A stretch of DNA of 64,000 bases from Candidatus Omnitrophota bacterium (GTDB lineage: Bacteria > Omnitrophota > Gorgyraeia > Zapsychrales > Zapsychraceae), in contig JAIORP010000197.1 in NCBI GenBank assembly GCA_021108075.1, positions 20,509 through 84,508 of the forward strand, read 5' to 3'. This document shows, in pieces, positions 30,031 to 39,425 of the stretch; positions within the stretch are counted from its first letter, which is position 1, and every line of letters begins with the position of its first letter. Made by a program: the position numbers and the translations under genes. The notes under the pieces are model-generated. The model had not been told where the DNA came from, searched no databases, and worked only from the letters and a program-made list of their open reading frames with translations.

Positions 30031-31404
30031 ATGAAAGTATTATTGATATCTTCCAATGTCGCTAATACCCCTTACACGATCTATCCATTAGGCATGAGCA
30101 TGATCGCGTCAGCGCTTAAAAACGCGGGGATTGATGTTGAGCAGAGAGATTTTTTAAAAAGCGATAGGTCGTTGACTGTTCTCAAGGAAGAATTGGATAG
30201 AATACAGTCAAATATTGTGGGCATTTCCATTCGCAACATTGATAATGTCAACTTGATGAATGAACAAAGATATATCGACGCGGTAACAGATATTGTCTCA
30301 ATGGTTAAAAAAAATTCAACGGCAATTGTCGTGCTGGGCGGGTCTGGTTTTTCAATTATGCCAGAGCTCATTCTTAAAAAAACAGGTGCGGACTATGGAA
30401 TTGTTGGAGAAGGAGAAGAATTGCTTGTTGAATTTGTAAAGAATGTTGAGAAAGGTATTCTCCCGGAAGAAAAATGCATTCGCAGCAAAGCTCCGATCAG
30501 TGGCGGTAAAATCCCCAACGCGTTGTATGATCCGGAGTTGATGAAATATTATCTTCAAAGCGGCAATGTCGCTTCCGTTCAAACTAAAAGAGGATGTCCT
30601 TGTAAATGCATTTATTGTTCCTATCCCGTTCTGGAAGGATCAAAAATCAGGGCGAGAGATCCCGAAGCTGTTGTTGACGACATACAAATATTGAGTGAAC
30701 AGCATGGCGCCAAGCTCATTTTCTTTACAGATTCTGTCTTCAATGATCATCAGGGAGAATACTTAAAAGTTATCCGGGAAATGAAAGATCGAAACGTGAA
30801 TGTGCCCTGGACCGCGTTCTTTACGCCTAAAGGATTAACAGATGACAATCTGGAGTTAATGAAACAAACAGGATTACGAGCGGCCGAACTCGGATCAGAC
30901 GCTCCCACGGATACGACATTAAAAAATTTAGGAAAATCCTTTCTATTCAAAGATATTATCGAAGCAAATGACCTGTTCGTAAAACATGGCATCGCCGTCG
31001 CGCATTATTACATGTTTGGATGTCCGGCAGAGACGCGATCAACTGTTTTGGAAGGCATCGAAAATATTAAAAGCCTGAAAAACTCCGTCTCATTTATTTT
31101 TATGGGAATCCGTATTTTGCCTGACACGCCCCTGTTGAGGATCGCCCAACAAGATGGCTTGGTTGAAAAGGATAAAGATCTTTTGGATTCTGTTTATTAT
31201 CTCGCCCCCGGCGTGGACAAACAATGGCTGGAAGAAACCTTAACCGGAGGATTCAAGGGCATGAGGAATTGTGTCTTTCCACCAGACGCGTTAGATGGCA
31301 GTCTGCAATTCCTGCACAAAATGGGTTATTCAGGGTGTCTGTGGGACATGTTGCTTGAAGGCAAAGAAAAACGAAAAAGGCATATGAGTTATGACTCAAA
31401 ATGA
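30031..31404 (+). CDS. Lipid-biosynthesis B12-binding radical SAM protein (TIGR04072-like)
   Basis: YPLG, GISIRNIDN, LGGSGFS, GEGE, QTKRGCPCKCIYCSYP.LEG, DSVFN, GIRILPDT. Confidence 0.85.
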   Translation: MKVLLISSNVANTPYTIYPLGMSMIASALKNAGIDVEQRDFLKSDRSLTVLKEELDRIQSNIVGISIRNIDNVNLMNEQRYIDAVTDIVSMVKKNSTAIVVLGGSGFSIMPELILKKTGADYGIVGEGEELLVEFVKNVEKGILPEEKCIRSKAPISGGKIPNALYDPELMKYYLQSGNVASVQTKRGCPCKCIYCSYPVLEGSKIRARDPEAVVDDIQILSEQHGAKLIFFTDSVFNDHQGEYLKVIREMKDRNVNVPWTAFFTPKGLTDDNLELMKQTGLRAAELGSDAPTDTTLKNLGKSFLFKDIIEANDLFVKHGIAVAHYYMFGCPAETRSTVLEGIENIKSLKNSVSFIFMGIRILPDTPLLRIAQQDGLVEKDKDLLDSVYYLAPGVDKQWLEETLTGGFKGMRNCVFPPDALDGSLQFLHKMGYSGCLWDMLLEGKEKRKRHMSYDSK

Positions 31405-32584
31405 TTCGGACAAAAATAAAATCTGGTGTATCATTCCTGTTTATAATAACGGACGGACATTGCATGATGTTGTATTAGGATGTAAAAATCAGATTGAAAA
31501 TATTGTCGTTGTGGATGACGGCAGCACAGATATTGACGTCCGGCTTAAAGTCGCGGATGACCGCGTCGTTGTTCTCAGGCATGCGACCAATCAGGGCAAA
31601 GGTTCGGCTTTAATGACAGGTTTACGATATGTGCGGAAACACGGCGGGAAATATGCCATTACAATTGATGCCGACGGACAGCATTTTCCCCAGGATATAT
31701 CTAAATTTATTTCTGAGGTTAAAGGGAAGGATGATTTGATCGTGATCGGGGCCAGAGATTTTTCCGTGGAAAATGTGCCCGGCAAAAGCAAATTTGGAAG
31801 AAATTTCGCGAATTTCTGGTTTAAGGTAGAGACAGGGTTACTGATCCGTGATTGTCAAAGTGGCTATCGGGCATATCCCGTTGACCATGTCCTTCAGCTG
31901 GGGATCAAGGGCAAACATTACAATTTCGAAACGGAAGTGATCACAAAAGCGGCCTGGGCAGGATTACGATTGAAAACAATCAATGTTGGTGTTAAATATG
32001 ACAAAGGCAACGCGCGCGTTTCCCATTTTCACGCCTGGAAAGATAATCTTCGTATTTCTAAAACGCACACGTTTCTTGTTTTAAGAAGACTTTTTCCACT
32101 TCCACATAAAAAGCTGATCGCGCGAAAGGAAGATATTATTTATCAAGAATTATTTAAGCATCCGGTCAAAATTTTAAAACATTTACTCAAGGAAAATACA
32201 ACACCGGAAGGATTGGCTGCGTCCGCGGCGGTCGGGATCTTATTAGCGGTGTTGCCGTTAATTGCCATGCACACAATCGCGATCATTTATGTTACAACTC
32301 GACTGCATTTGAACAAAATCATGGCCGTAAGCATTCAAAATCTATGCATACCGCCATTTGTTCCCGCTTTGTGTATAGAGATCGGCCATTATATCCGTTA
32401 TGGAGAATGGCTGACGGAAGTGTCTATTGATGTTATTTTTTATCAGGCTTTGGACCGGATCTGGGAATGGTTTTTAGGGTCGTTAATCGTCGCCCCTGTC
32501 CTGGCAATACTAACAGGAGGGATCGTTTTTATTATTGCGAAGTTCCTGCAGAGAAAGACCCGGAAGGATATCGTCAGTGCCTGA
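31391..32584 (+). CDS. GT2 glycosyltransferase fused to a DUF2062 membrane domain
   Basis: IIPVYNN, VDDGSTD, NQGKG, DADGQH, DCQSGYRAYP; hydrophobic C-terminus TPEGLAAS.A.G. Confidence 0.9.
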   Translation: MTQNDSDKNKIWCIIPVYNNGRTLHDVVLGCKNQIENIVVVDDGSTDIDVRLKVADDRVVVLRHATNQGKGSALMTGLRYVRKHGGKYAITIDADGQHFPQDISKFISEVKGKDDLIVIGARDFSVENVPGKSKFGRNFANFWFKVETGLLIRDCQSGYRAYPVDHVLQLGIKGKHYNFETEVITKAAWAGLRLKTINVGVKYDKGNARVSHFHAWKDNLRISKTHTFLVLRRLFPLPHKKLIARKEDIIYQELFKHPVKILKHLLKENTTPEGLAASAAVGILLAVLPLIAMHTIAIIYVTTRLHLNKIMAVSIQNLCIPPFVPALCIEIGHYIRYGEWLTEVSIDVIFYQALDRIWEWFLGSLIVAPVLAILTGGIVFIIAKFLQRKTRKDIVSA

Positions 32585-33473
32585 GAAGATCAAAGTCAAG
32601 AAAAGAGGCAATGAACTTGGTTTTCAAATCTTTATGCTCTCTACAAAACTTTTTGGTCTAAGAGGGGCCTATGGGCTGCTGTATATTGTTTGTGCACACT
32701 ATCTCCTGTTTGACCGGCCTGCGGTTAAAGGCGCGTTAGCGTATACTCAGAGACGATTCAGCGGTGAAGGAATATTCAAGAAGTACTGGCGTGTGTATTT
32801 GCTCTTTGTTAATCAGGGAAAAGCATTGGTTGACCGGTACGCGGTCGCTTCGGGCTACGATGGCTTTAAGATCAACGTCGAAGGCTTTGATCAGGTTAAA
32901 AATATTCTGAACAAGGGGGGGAAAGGCTGCATCTTGCTGACATCGCATGTGGGTAACTGGCAATTAGCCTTGTCTTGTTTGAAAGAACTGGATAAAGACA
33001 TTTATCTTTTAATGCGCCCGGAAGATAATATTGCCGTAAAAAAATATTTAAGGATCGACACTGAAGGCAAGCAGGTAAAAATCATATCTCCGGAACAGGA
33101 CTTTGGTGGAACAATTGAGGTCATGGAAAAGGTTAAAAATGGAAATGTTGTTTCTATTATGGGCGACCGGAAGTATGGTTTTCCCGCGCTTGAAGTGAAT
33201 TTTATCGGAGATAAGGCCGGTTTTCCTTTTGGAGCATTTCATATCGCGGCGACACTGGAATGCCCGGTCATTGTCTTGTTGACGGCGAAACTTGGGCATC
33301 GCGACTATTGTGTTGATTTTAAGAACATCATTCGTCCCAAATATAAGGGCAAAACAGATAAAAAACAACAGTTGAAAAAGGATATGCAGGCTTACGCGAC
33401 AATATTAAATATATTCGCAAAAACTTATCCGTATCAAGTGTTTCTTTTCGCAGACGTATGGCATAAACAGTAA
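32577..33473 (+). CDS. LpxL/HtrB-like (lipid A-type) acyltransferase
   Basis: LLTSHVGNWQ, IMGDR, F.G..A.FP.G.F, YPYQ; GTG start overlapping the upstream stop. Confidence 0.85.
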   Translation: MPEKIKVKKRGNELGFQIFMLSTKLFGLRGAYGLLYIVCAHYLLFDRPAVKGALAYTQRRFSGEGIFKKYWRVYLLFVNQGKALVDRYAVASGYDGFKINVEGFDQVKNILNKGGKGCILLTSHVGNWQLALSCLKELDKDIYLLMRPEDNIAVKKYLRIDTEGKQVKIISPEQDFGGTIEVMEKVKNGNVVSIMGDRKYGFPALEVNFIGDKAGFPFGAFHIAATLECPVIVLLTAKLGHRDYCVDFKNIIRPKYKGKTDKKQQLKKDMQAYATILNIFAKTYPYQVFLFADVWHKQ

Positions 33474-33493
33474 AAACGAAGGAGAAAGAATTA

Positions 33494-33781
33494 ATGGGAG
33501 AAGAGAACAAAAAATTAAAAATAATTCGAAAAAAATTAAAGGTATTATTGGTCGACCATCTTTCGCTTGAAGATATCAAACCGGAAGATATCAAAGATGA
33601 TGAGATCCTTTTTGGTGAAGGATTAGGGCTCGATTCTCTTGACGCGGTTGAGATAGTCGTTCTGCTGCAAAGAAATTTTGGATTGGAAGTTAAAGACTTG
33701 AATAAAGGCAGAGAAATTTTTTATTCGATCGACACCCTGGCAAAATATGTTGCTGAGAATATGGATGAGAAAGCAGAATAA
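33494..33781 (+). CDS. Acyl carrier protein (polyene-cluster type)
   Basis: L.LEDI.PEDI.DD..LFGEGLGLDSLDAVE. Confidence 0.9.
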   Translation: MGEENKKLKIIRKKLKVLLVDHLSLEDIKPEDIKDDEILFGEGLGLDSLDAVEIVVLLQRNFGLEVKDLNKGREIFYSIDTLAKYVAENMDEKAE

Positions 33782-33787
33782 TTGAGG

Positions 33788-34951
33788 ATGAATGAACACA
33801 TAAGTATCGCAAGTATGGGATGTATTTCAGCTGCCGGAAAGAATATGGCAGAGACATTGCAGACGTTCAAACAGGGCCATGTCAATATTGGAAAAATAAC
33901 TTTGTTTGAAACAGATCTGGATAAGCCTGCTTTTGAGGTCAAGGACTATGTGCTCAAACGCAAAAACAGAACGCTTAGTTTGTTATTGACGGCCGTTGAA
34001 GAAGCACTGGAGAATTATGATGGAAATCTTGCAGGTTCAAAATACAGGATCGGCATTTGCATTGGGACAACGGTTGCCAGCCAATTGAATAACATCAAAT
34101 TTTATAAGGAATTCAAAGAAACCGGCCGTTCTGATATCAGCCCTGTCAATGAGTATTTAAAAGGAAATTTAGCTGATGCCCTCGCGCGCGAATACAAGTT
34201 AAATGGACCAAAAGTTGTTGTCGTGAACGCCTGTTCTTCCGGTGCTGACGCCATCGGGACCGCCATGTCCTGGTTAAAAAATGATCAATGCGACATAGCT
34301 ATCGCGGGTGGCGCGGATGAATTGAATAAAATTCCTGTTTGCGGGTTCAACGCGCTGGGGATCATAAGCGATAAGCCATGCGCGCCTTTTGATAAGGACC
34401 GAAAAGGTTTGAACCTTGGGGAAGGTGCCGGTGTCCTGATCCTCGAACGGGCGAAAATAACCTCAAAAATAAACGCTCGACCGGAATTATTTATTGCTGC
34501 TTATGGATCCGGCTCAGACGCGTATCATTTGACAGCCCCACACCCTGACGGAAGAGGGCTCAAATCCGCCATCAGCGAAGCCCTTTTTCAAGCAAACATT
34601 ACTTGTGGCCAGGTCGGGTTTATCAATGCGCACGGAACAGCGACACCGGATAATGATAAAGTCGAAGGAAAAGTGATTAAAGAGTTGTTTGGACCTGAGA
34701 TCAAAATGTATTCATCGAAAGGTTACACGGGGCACACATTGGGCGCTGCCGGGGCGATTGAAACGGTATTTACGGCCCTGGCTTTAAAAGAAGGCTGGGT
34801 GCCGAAAAGTGCCGGATTTAAAAATAAAGATGAAGAAATCGGGATCTCTCCTTTAAAACAAAACACAAAAGTTAACAGTAAATACGCGTTATCAACATCG
34901 TTGGCGTTTGGAGGAAACAATGCCGCTTTGTTGATCAAAAAAGAAGCGTAA
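33788..34951 (+). CDS. Beta-ketoacyl-ACP synthase 3, catalytic triad intact
   Basis: NACSSG, PFDKDRKGLNLGEGAG, NAHGTAT, GHTLGAAG, AFGG. Confidence 0.9.
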   Translation: MNEHISIASMGCISAAGKNMAETLQTFKQGHVNIGKITLFETDLDKPAFEVKDYVLKRKNRTLSLLLTAVEEALENYDGNLAGSKYRIGICIGTTVASQLNNIKFYKEFKETGRSDISPVNEYLKGNLADALAREYKLNGPKVVVVNACSSGADAIGTAMSWLKNDQCDIAIAGGADELNKIPVCGFNALGIISDKPCAPFDKDRKGLNLGEGAGVLILERAKITSKINARPELFIAAYGSGSDAYHLTAPHPDGRGLKSAISEALFQANITCGQVGFINAHGTATPDNDKVEGKVIKELFGPEIKMYSSKGYTGHTLGAAGAIETVFTALALKEGWVPKSAGFKNKDEEIGISPLKQNTKVNSKYALSTSLAFGGNNAALLIKKEA

Positions 34952-34952
34952 G

Positions 34953-35984
34953 ATGAATATACAGGGAATAGGAATACTATCAGGCACGGGAAGAGGGATT
35001 AAAAGCTTTGAACAAGCGCTGGAGCGGGGCCCCGCGACTCCAAAGGTATCGATGTATTCTCCCGCGACAAATAAAGAGATACCCGTTTTTAGTATTGATA
35101 ACGCGTTATTGAAAGATCCGCTTGTCTTGAAAAGTTCCCGACGGGCCGATAGATTCTGCAGAATGGCCGTGTTGGCCGCCTGGGATGCTTTAGCGGATAG
35201 CGGGATTAAAATCCGGGAAGAAGAAAAACTCGGGGTGATTGTCGCAACCGCGTTCGGCCCGCACAAAACAACCTTCAATTTTTTAGATAATATTCTTGAT
35301 TATGGAGATGCCGCGGTTTCACCCACAATATTTTCTCACTCTGTTCACAATGCCGCCGCTTCATATATCACGTCGGCTTTGAACACGCAAGGACCGGTGA
35401 GCACGCTGACTGATTTTTGTTTTCCTTTTCACGAAGCTTTACGATTAGCTGAAGCATGGATCAACCAGGGCCGCTGTCAGTATGTTTTAATCGGAACAGT
35501 GGACGAATTAAGTCCCGCGATGGAGTACATTTGTGATCAGAAATGCGATATCAATGAAGAAGGGAAAATGAAGCCATTTGAATTCAGTGACAAGGCACAG
35601 ACCGTTCCCGGGGAGGGCAGCGTGTTTTTTCTGCTGAGCAAAAATGAAGAAAACACAAAGTATTGCCGTATCAAACGGAAAAATGAAGCGGCAGTTGCGG
35701 ATATGTTCATCCTCGAATCTGATGGGATGATAACGGATGAGACGGTGTACAAGCAGCTGGATACCGGAGACGCAAATTTGTTTAACGCCTCACCTATCTT
35801 TGGAGGAATGATGTCTTCCACAGGTTTTCACTGCGCTTCTGCCGCGTTGATGCTGAAGAATGACCGGATTTATTCAAAATTCGCGCAGGATCAAAATAGC
35901 CATGCCCGGAACAGTCCAGACAATATTGTTTCCGTGAAATATTGTTGCAACAGGAATAAAGCCATTGTGCGTTTAACAAAATAG
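34953..35984 (+). CDS. Ketosynthase chain-length factor (non-catalytic)
   Basis: RRADRFCRMA, ATAFGP, SPTIFSHSVHNAAAS, PGEGSVFFLL; catalytic Cys/His motifs absent. Confidence 0.85.
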   Translation: MNIQGIGILSGTGRGIKSFEQALERGPATPKVSMYSPATNKEIPVFSIDNALLKDPLVLKSSRRADRFCRMAVLAAWDALADSGIKIREEEKLGVIVATAFGPHKTTFNFLDNILDYGDAAVSPTIFSHSVHNAAASYITSALNTQGPVSTLTDFCFPFHEALRLAEAWINQGRCQYVLIGTVDELSPAMEYICDQKCDINEEGKMKPFEFSDKAQTVPGEGSVFFLLSKNEENTKYCRIKRKNEAAVADMFILESDGMITDETVYKQLDTGDANLFNASPIFGGMMSSTGFHCASAALMLKNDRIYSKFAQDQNSHARNSPDNIVSVKYCCNRNKAIVRLTK

Positions 35985-35999
35985 CTGTGGAGGTGTTCC

Positions 36000-36590
36000 A
36001 TGAAAAATTTAAAGATACGCGCATTTTGCTTAATAATCGCCAGCTTCATTGTATTGTTATTGCCAGTGAACTCAAGCGCGGCGAAAAGAAAAAAAGTAGA
36101 TTATGTGGGCAAAACATTCTATTTGCAAACCAATATGTGGAACGAGTCAGGCAAAGACATCCTATCGACCAATTTTCATAGAGGCGGAATCATTCCCGTC
36201 GGGACAGAAGTAACGATTAAGTCCATGGGCAGAACGGCCATTAAATTCACGACGAAGGAAACGGGCAAACAGTTTAAGTTTGTATTAGCAAAAAAACACA
36301 GCAAATTGAATATTTTTGAATTAGCGGATAGATATTTCGGAGCGGATCATCCACTGACAGGGAAATACACGAATTTTTCTGCTGAAGAAAAGGATAGCAT
36401 TAAGAAAGGCATCATAACAACAGGGATGTCAAAAGACGCCGTTGTCATGGCGTACGGTTACCCCCCGACACATCGGACACCCGGTTTAGATTTGGATACA
36501 TGGAACTACTGGGAAAACCGTATACGAAGGTTTGAGGTAATGTTCAGTAAAGGAAAAGTTGTTAACATAAACGGCATGACATTCAATTAA
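36000..36590 (+). CDS. Exported hypothetical protein with SmpA/BamE-like C-terminal motif
   Basis: Signal peptide ending in SSA; I..GMSKDAVVMAYGYPP...W.YW. Confidence 0.65.
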   Translation: MKNLKIRAFCLIIASFIVLLLPVNSSAAKRKKVDYVGKTFYLQTNMWNESGKDILSTNFHRGGIIPVGTEVTIKSMGRTAIKFTTKETGKQFKFVLAKKHSKLNIFELADRYFGADHPLTGKYTNFSAEEKDSIKKGIITTGMSKDAVVMAYGYPPTHRTPGLDLDTWNYWENRIRRFEVMFSKGKVVNINGMTFN

Positions 36591-36670
36591 TACCAATTCC
36601 AGTAAATAATGACCGAAGTCAATTCTGCTTTTCAGAATTAAGATAGAACAACTTGTTAATGGATTTGGTA
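36591..36670 (+). mobile_element. MITE copy 4 (80-bp variant) inserted at the TAA stop codon of the upstream gene
   Basis: TAA (36588-36590, the stop codon)-TACCAATTCCAGTAAATAATGACC...TTAATGGATTTGGTA-TAA. Confidence 0.85.
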
Positions 36671-36681
36671 TAAGGGGGAGA

Positions 36682-36942
36682 ATGGACTCAGCTACCAAGA
36701 AAAATATCGAAGACACATTAACGGCGGAAATAGCGTTGATTCTTTCAAAGGACGCCAACGCGATCGCCAGGGATGAATCATTGCATTCTATGGGAATGGA
36801 TTCTCTGAGTTTTGTTGAGTTATTGGTTTCGATAGAGAGTAACTTTAATCTGACGCTGGTGAACACGAATTTGGACAGAGAAGATTTCAGTACCATCGCG
36901 AACCTGGCCCGACGTATTTATGAAGAGCTCCATGAAAAATAA
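36682..36942 (+). CDS. Phosphopantetheine-binding carrier protein (third ACP/PCP)
   Basis: L.SMGMDSLSFVELL..IE..F, FSTIANLA. Confidence 0.85.
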   Translation: MDSATKKNIEDTLTAEIALILSKDANAIARDESLHSMGMDSLSFVELLVSIESNFNLTLVNTNLDREDFSTIANLARRIYEELHEK

Positions 36943-38230
36943 ACGCTATCTGACCGGTGTTGATTGGCTCATTCATGTTTTTGATCATATGAACAGAAAA
37001 ACGATCGAAAGCGGGAATGAATTCCACATTGTCCTGAAAGTTGACGGGGTGGTTCAGGTTGATTTTTTTGAGAACGACCTGAATGCTTTTCTTCAAAAAT
37101 ATTCTGTTTTCAAGGGAAAAGTCGCGCGGGCGTGGAATCTTGCCCCGTTCTGGAAAGTAAGACAGGACCAGCCTATCGTTCAGACAGCGACACAAACAAC
37201 AGAGATCCTTGATCTTTCGGAGTTCGACTTATGTTTGGACGGTTTGATAAAAAAACATAAATATGATCCCTCATGTTATCTCTTTTCAGACCTTATCATT
37301 TGCAAGGGTCAAACCTTTGTTGTTTTTACATTCAGCCATAAAATATTTGATGGTTTAGGAGGGGAGCTGTTCCTTCAAACTTTTCAAAATTTTTCAACCG
37401 ATAGAACGGGATTTAAAGTTGAAGAACAATCAACAGAACCTTCACATCTGGACAAATGGACAGAAAAATTCAGATCAGGGCGGACGATCAACCGCGCATT
37501 GATCAAAATGTCTCCTGAGAGAAGATTAAGGTCCTTTCCCCTTGACGCGCGCGAAGATAGTAATTATGTGTTTGCGCGCGTCCATTTTACAGAAAAGGAA
37601 AGTGCCCGTATCATTGAACAGGCAAATAAAAAGGCCGGATATTTGCTCGTAATGCCCTTTTTACTGGCACGAACTGTTCAGATATTCAGTGGCCTGTTTG
37701 ATAAAAGGGGTTTCGATAAAGATAATATTGTTGTTCCTGTGACAGTTAACGCGCGCAAGGAAGAAAAAAAAGCAAAAAAAATGTTTTTCAATCATCTGTC
37801 ATTTTTGTTTTTCAAATTTGAAGCGGAAGAAATGGGGAAACCGGAAAGGATATTAACATCGGTTAAAGAACAACTCTTTGATCAAATAAAAAATAAATTC
37901 TCCAAACAGTTCATGGACAACGCCATGCTGATGCGGATTCTCCCTGTCTCTCTTTTGAGCAAATTGTTGGGGTTGTATTCAAAAGGGGCGATGGCTTCGT
38001 TCTCCTTTTCCTACGTCGGAGAAACAGTTTATAAATCTGATACATTCCTGGGACAACCGGTGAGCAATCTCTTCCATTTGCCCAGACCTTCTGTGCCTCC
38101 GGGGTTGGGTGTGATCTTCAGCAATTACAAGGGGAAATTAAATTTAACCATTTCTTATTTAAACAATATTTTTACAGAAGAGGACATTGATTACCTGAAA
38201 TCAGGGTTCAAAAAGTTATCCGATGAATGA
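36932..38230 (+). CDS. Stand-alone condensation-domain / CAT-fold acyltransferase-like protein
   Basis: FTFSHKIFDGLG (HxxxDG), VPVTVNAR, FSFSYVG, FSNYKGKLNLTISY; ~430 aa, the size of a C domain. Confidence 0.65.
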   Translation: MKNKRYLTGVDWLIHVFDHMNRKTIESGNEFHIVLKVDGVVQVDFFENDLNAFLQKYSVFKGKVARAWNLAPFWKVRQDQPIVQTATQTTEILDLSEFDLCLDGLIKKHKYDPSCYLFSDLIICKGQTFVVFTFSHKIFDGLGGELFLQTFQNFSTDRTGFKVEEQSTEPSHLDKWTEKFRSGRTINRALIKMSPERRLRSFPLDAREDSNYVFARVHFTEKESARIIEQANKKAGYLLVMPFLLARTVQIFSGLFDKRGFDKDNIVVPVTVNARKEEKKAKKMFFNHLSFLFFKFEAEEMGKPERILTSVKEQLFDQIKNKFSKQFMDNAMLMRILPVSLLSKLLGLYSKGAMASFSFSYVGETVYKSDTFLGQPVSNLFHLPRPSVPPGLGVIFSNYKGKLNLTISYLNNIFTEEDIDYLKSGFKKLSDE

Positions 38231-39425
38231 CCGGAAAAATAAAATTATTTGTGACGTGCTGGTTGTCGGTGCGGGTGTTGCCGGTGTCTGTGCGACGGCC
38301 GCTGTAGCCAGAGAAGGATTGCGTGTCGTAATCGTCGAGAAGCATGACTTTCCCGGAGGCGTTGCGGAAAACTCAATGAACCGGTATGTTTGCGGTCTCT
38401 ACTCCAATGAACGGGCTGAAAAAAAAGGTCTGGAAGACACATTAAACAATGATATCACATTCGAACTGGTAAAATTCCTTACCGAGCGATATAAAGTCAA
38501 AGAACCGGACAGAATGGGAAAGGTCTTTGTTTTGCCGCTTCCGGACGGAAGCTTGAAGATGTTTTTATCCGGCCTTTTAGATCAGCATGAGAACATCGGG
38601 AAATATTTTATGGCCGAAGCGGTTCGTGTTCAGAAAAACAATGAGCATATTGAGCAGGTCCATGTGAGCCACAAGGGACAAATCCTCGAAATCAACTGCA
38701 AGGTCGTTATTGATTGCAGCGGGGATGCTGTTGTTTCAAAATTAGCACAGGCGCCTTATCAGCTTGAAGAGCCCGCGCGAATACAATTAAGCAGTTATTC
38801 AGGAAAAGTTGTTCGCCTGGAAAACATGGATGAGAGCCTGATGATCAAGGTGCCTTATTTTTGCGCAAAATATATCGCGTCAGGAACTCTTCCGGACAGT
38901 TTGCGATTCACAAAATTCCTTCCGGGTGACGCGACAGGAGAGGGTATGTTGAAAATGAATTTGCCTTATGAAAAAGATGGGTTTGATGTTCGTTTAGCAG
39001 ATAAATATATGAACGAACTGTTAAATTTTTTACGCGAACAGATCCCTGCATTTGCCGACGCTAAACGAGGAGACTCCAGCAAATACGTGTCAGACCGGGA
39101 AGGAGCGCGGTTAAGCGGTCAATATGTTCTAACTCAAGATGATGTGTGTGCGGCGAGAAAATTTAAAGACGCGGTCGTGAAAGCGGCCTGGCCGATTGAA
39201 ATATGGTCACCGGAGAAAGGCGTTCATTACCAATACATCAAGGAAAATGATCATTATGAAATTCCAAAAAGATGTTTGCTCTCCCAAAAAATATCAAATT
39301 TGATTGCGGCCGGAAAATGCATTTCGGTTTCGCATGAAGCACTGGGCTCAACGCGAGTGATGGGACCTTGCATGTCAACAGGGGAAGCGGCCGGGAAGTG
39401 TGCCGTGGAGATCATAAGAAGATGA
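38223..39425 (+). CDS. FAD-dependent oxidoreductase (PF12831-like)
   Basis: DVLVVGAGVAG, IDCSGDA, REGARLSGQYVLT, YEIPKRCL...NLIAAGKCIS..H.ALGSTRVMG.C...GEAAG. Confidence 0.85.
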   Translation: MNDRKNKIICDVLVVGAGVAGVCATAAVAREGLRVVIVEKHDFPGGVAENSMNRYVCGLYSNERAEKKGLEDTLNNDITFELVKFLTERYKVKEPDRMGKVFVLPLPDGSLKMFLSGLLDQHENIGKYFMAEAVRVQKNNEHIEQVHVSHKGQILEINCKVVIDCSGDAVVSKLAQAPYQLEEPARIQLSSYSGKVVRLENMDESLMIKVPYFCAKYIASGTLPDSLRFTKFLPGDATGEGMLKMNLPYEKDGFDVRLADKYMNELLNFLREQIPAFADAKRGDSSKYVSDREGARLSGQYVLTQDDVCAARKFKDAVVKAAWPIEIWSPEKGVHYQYIKENDHYEIPKRCLLSQKISNLIAAGKCISVSHEALGSTRVMGPCMSTGEAAGKCAVEIIRR

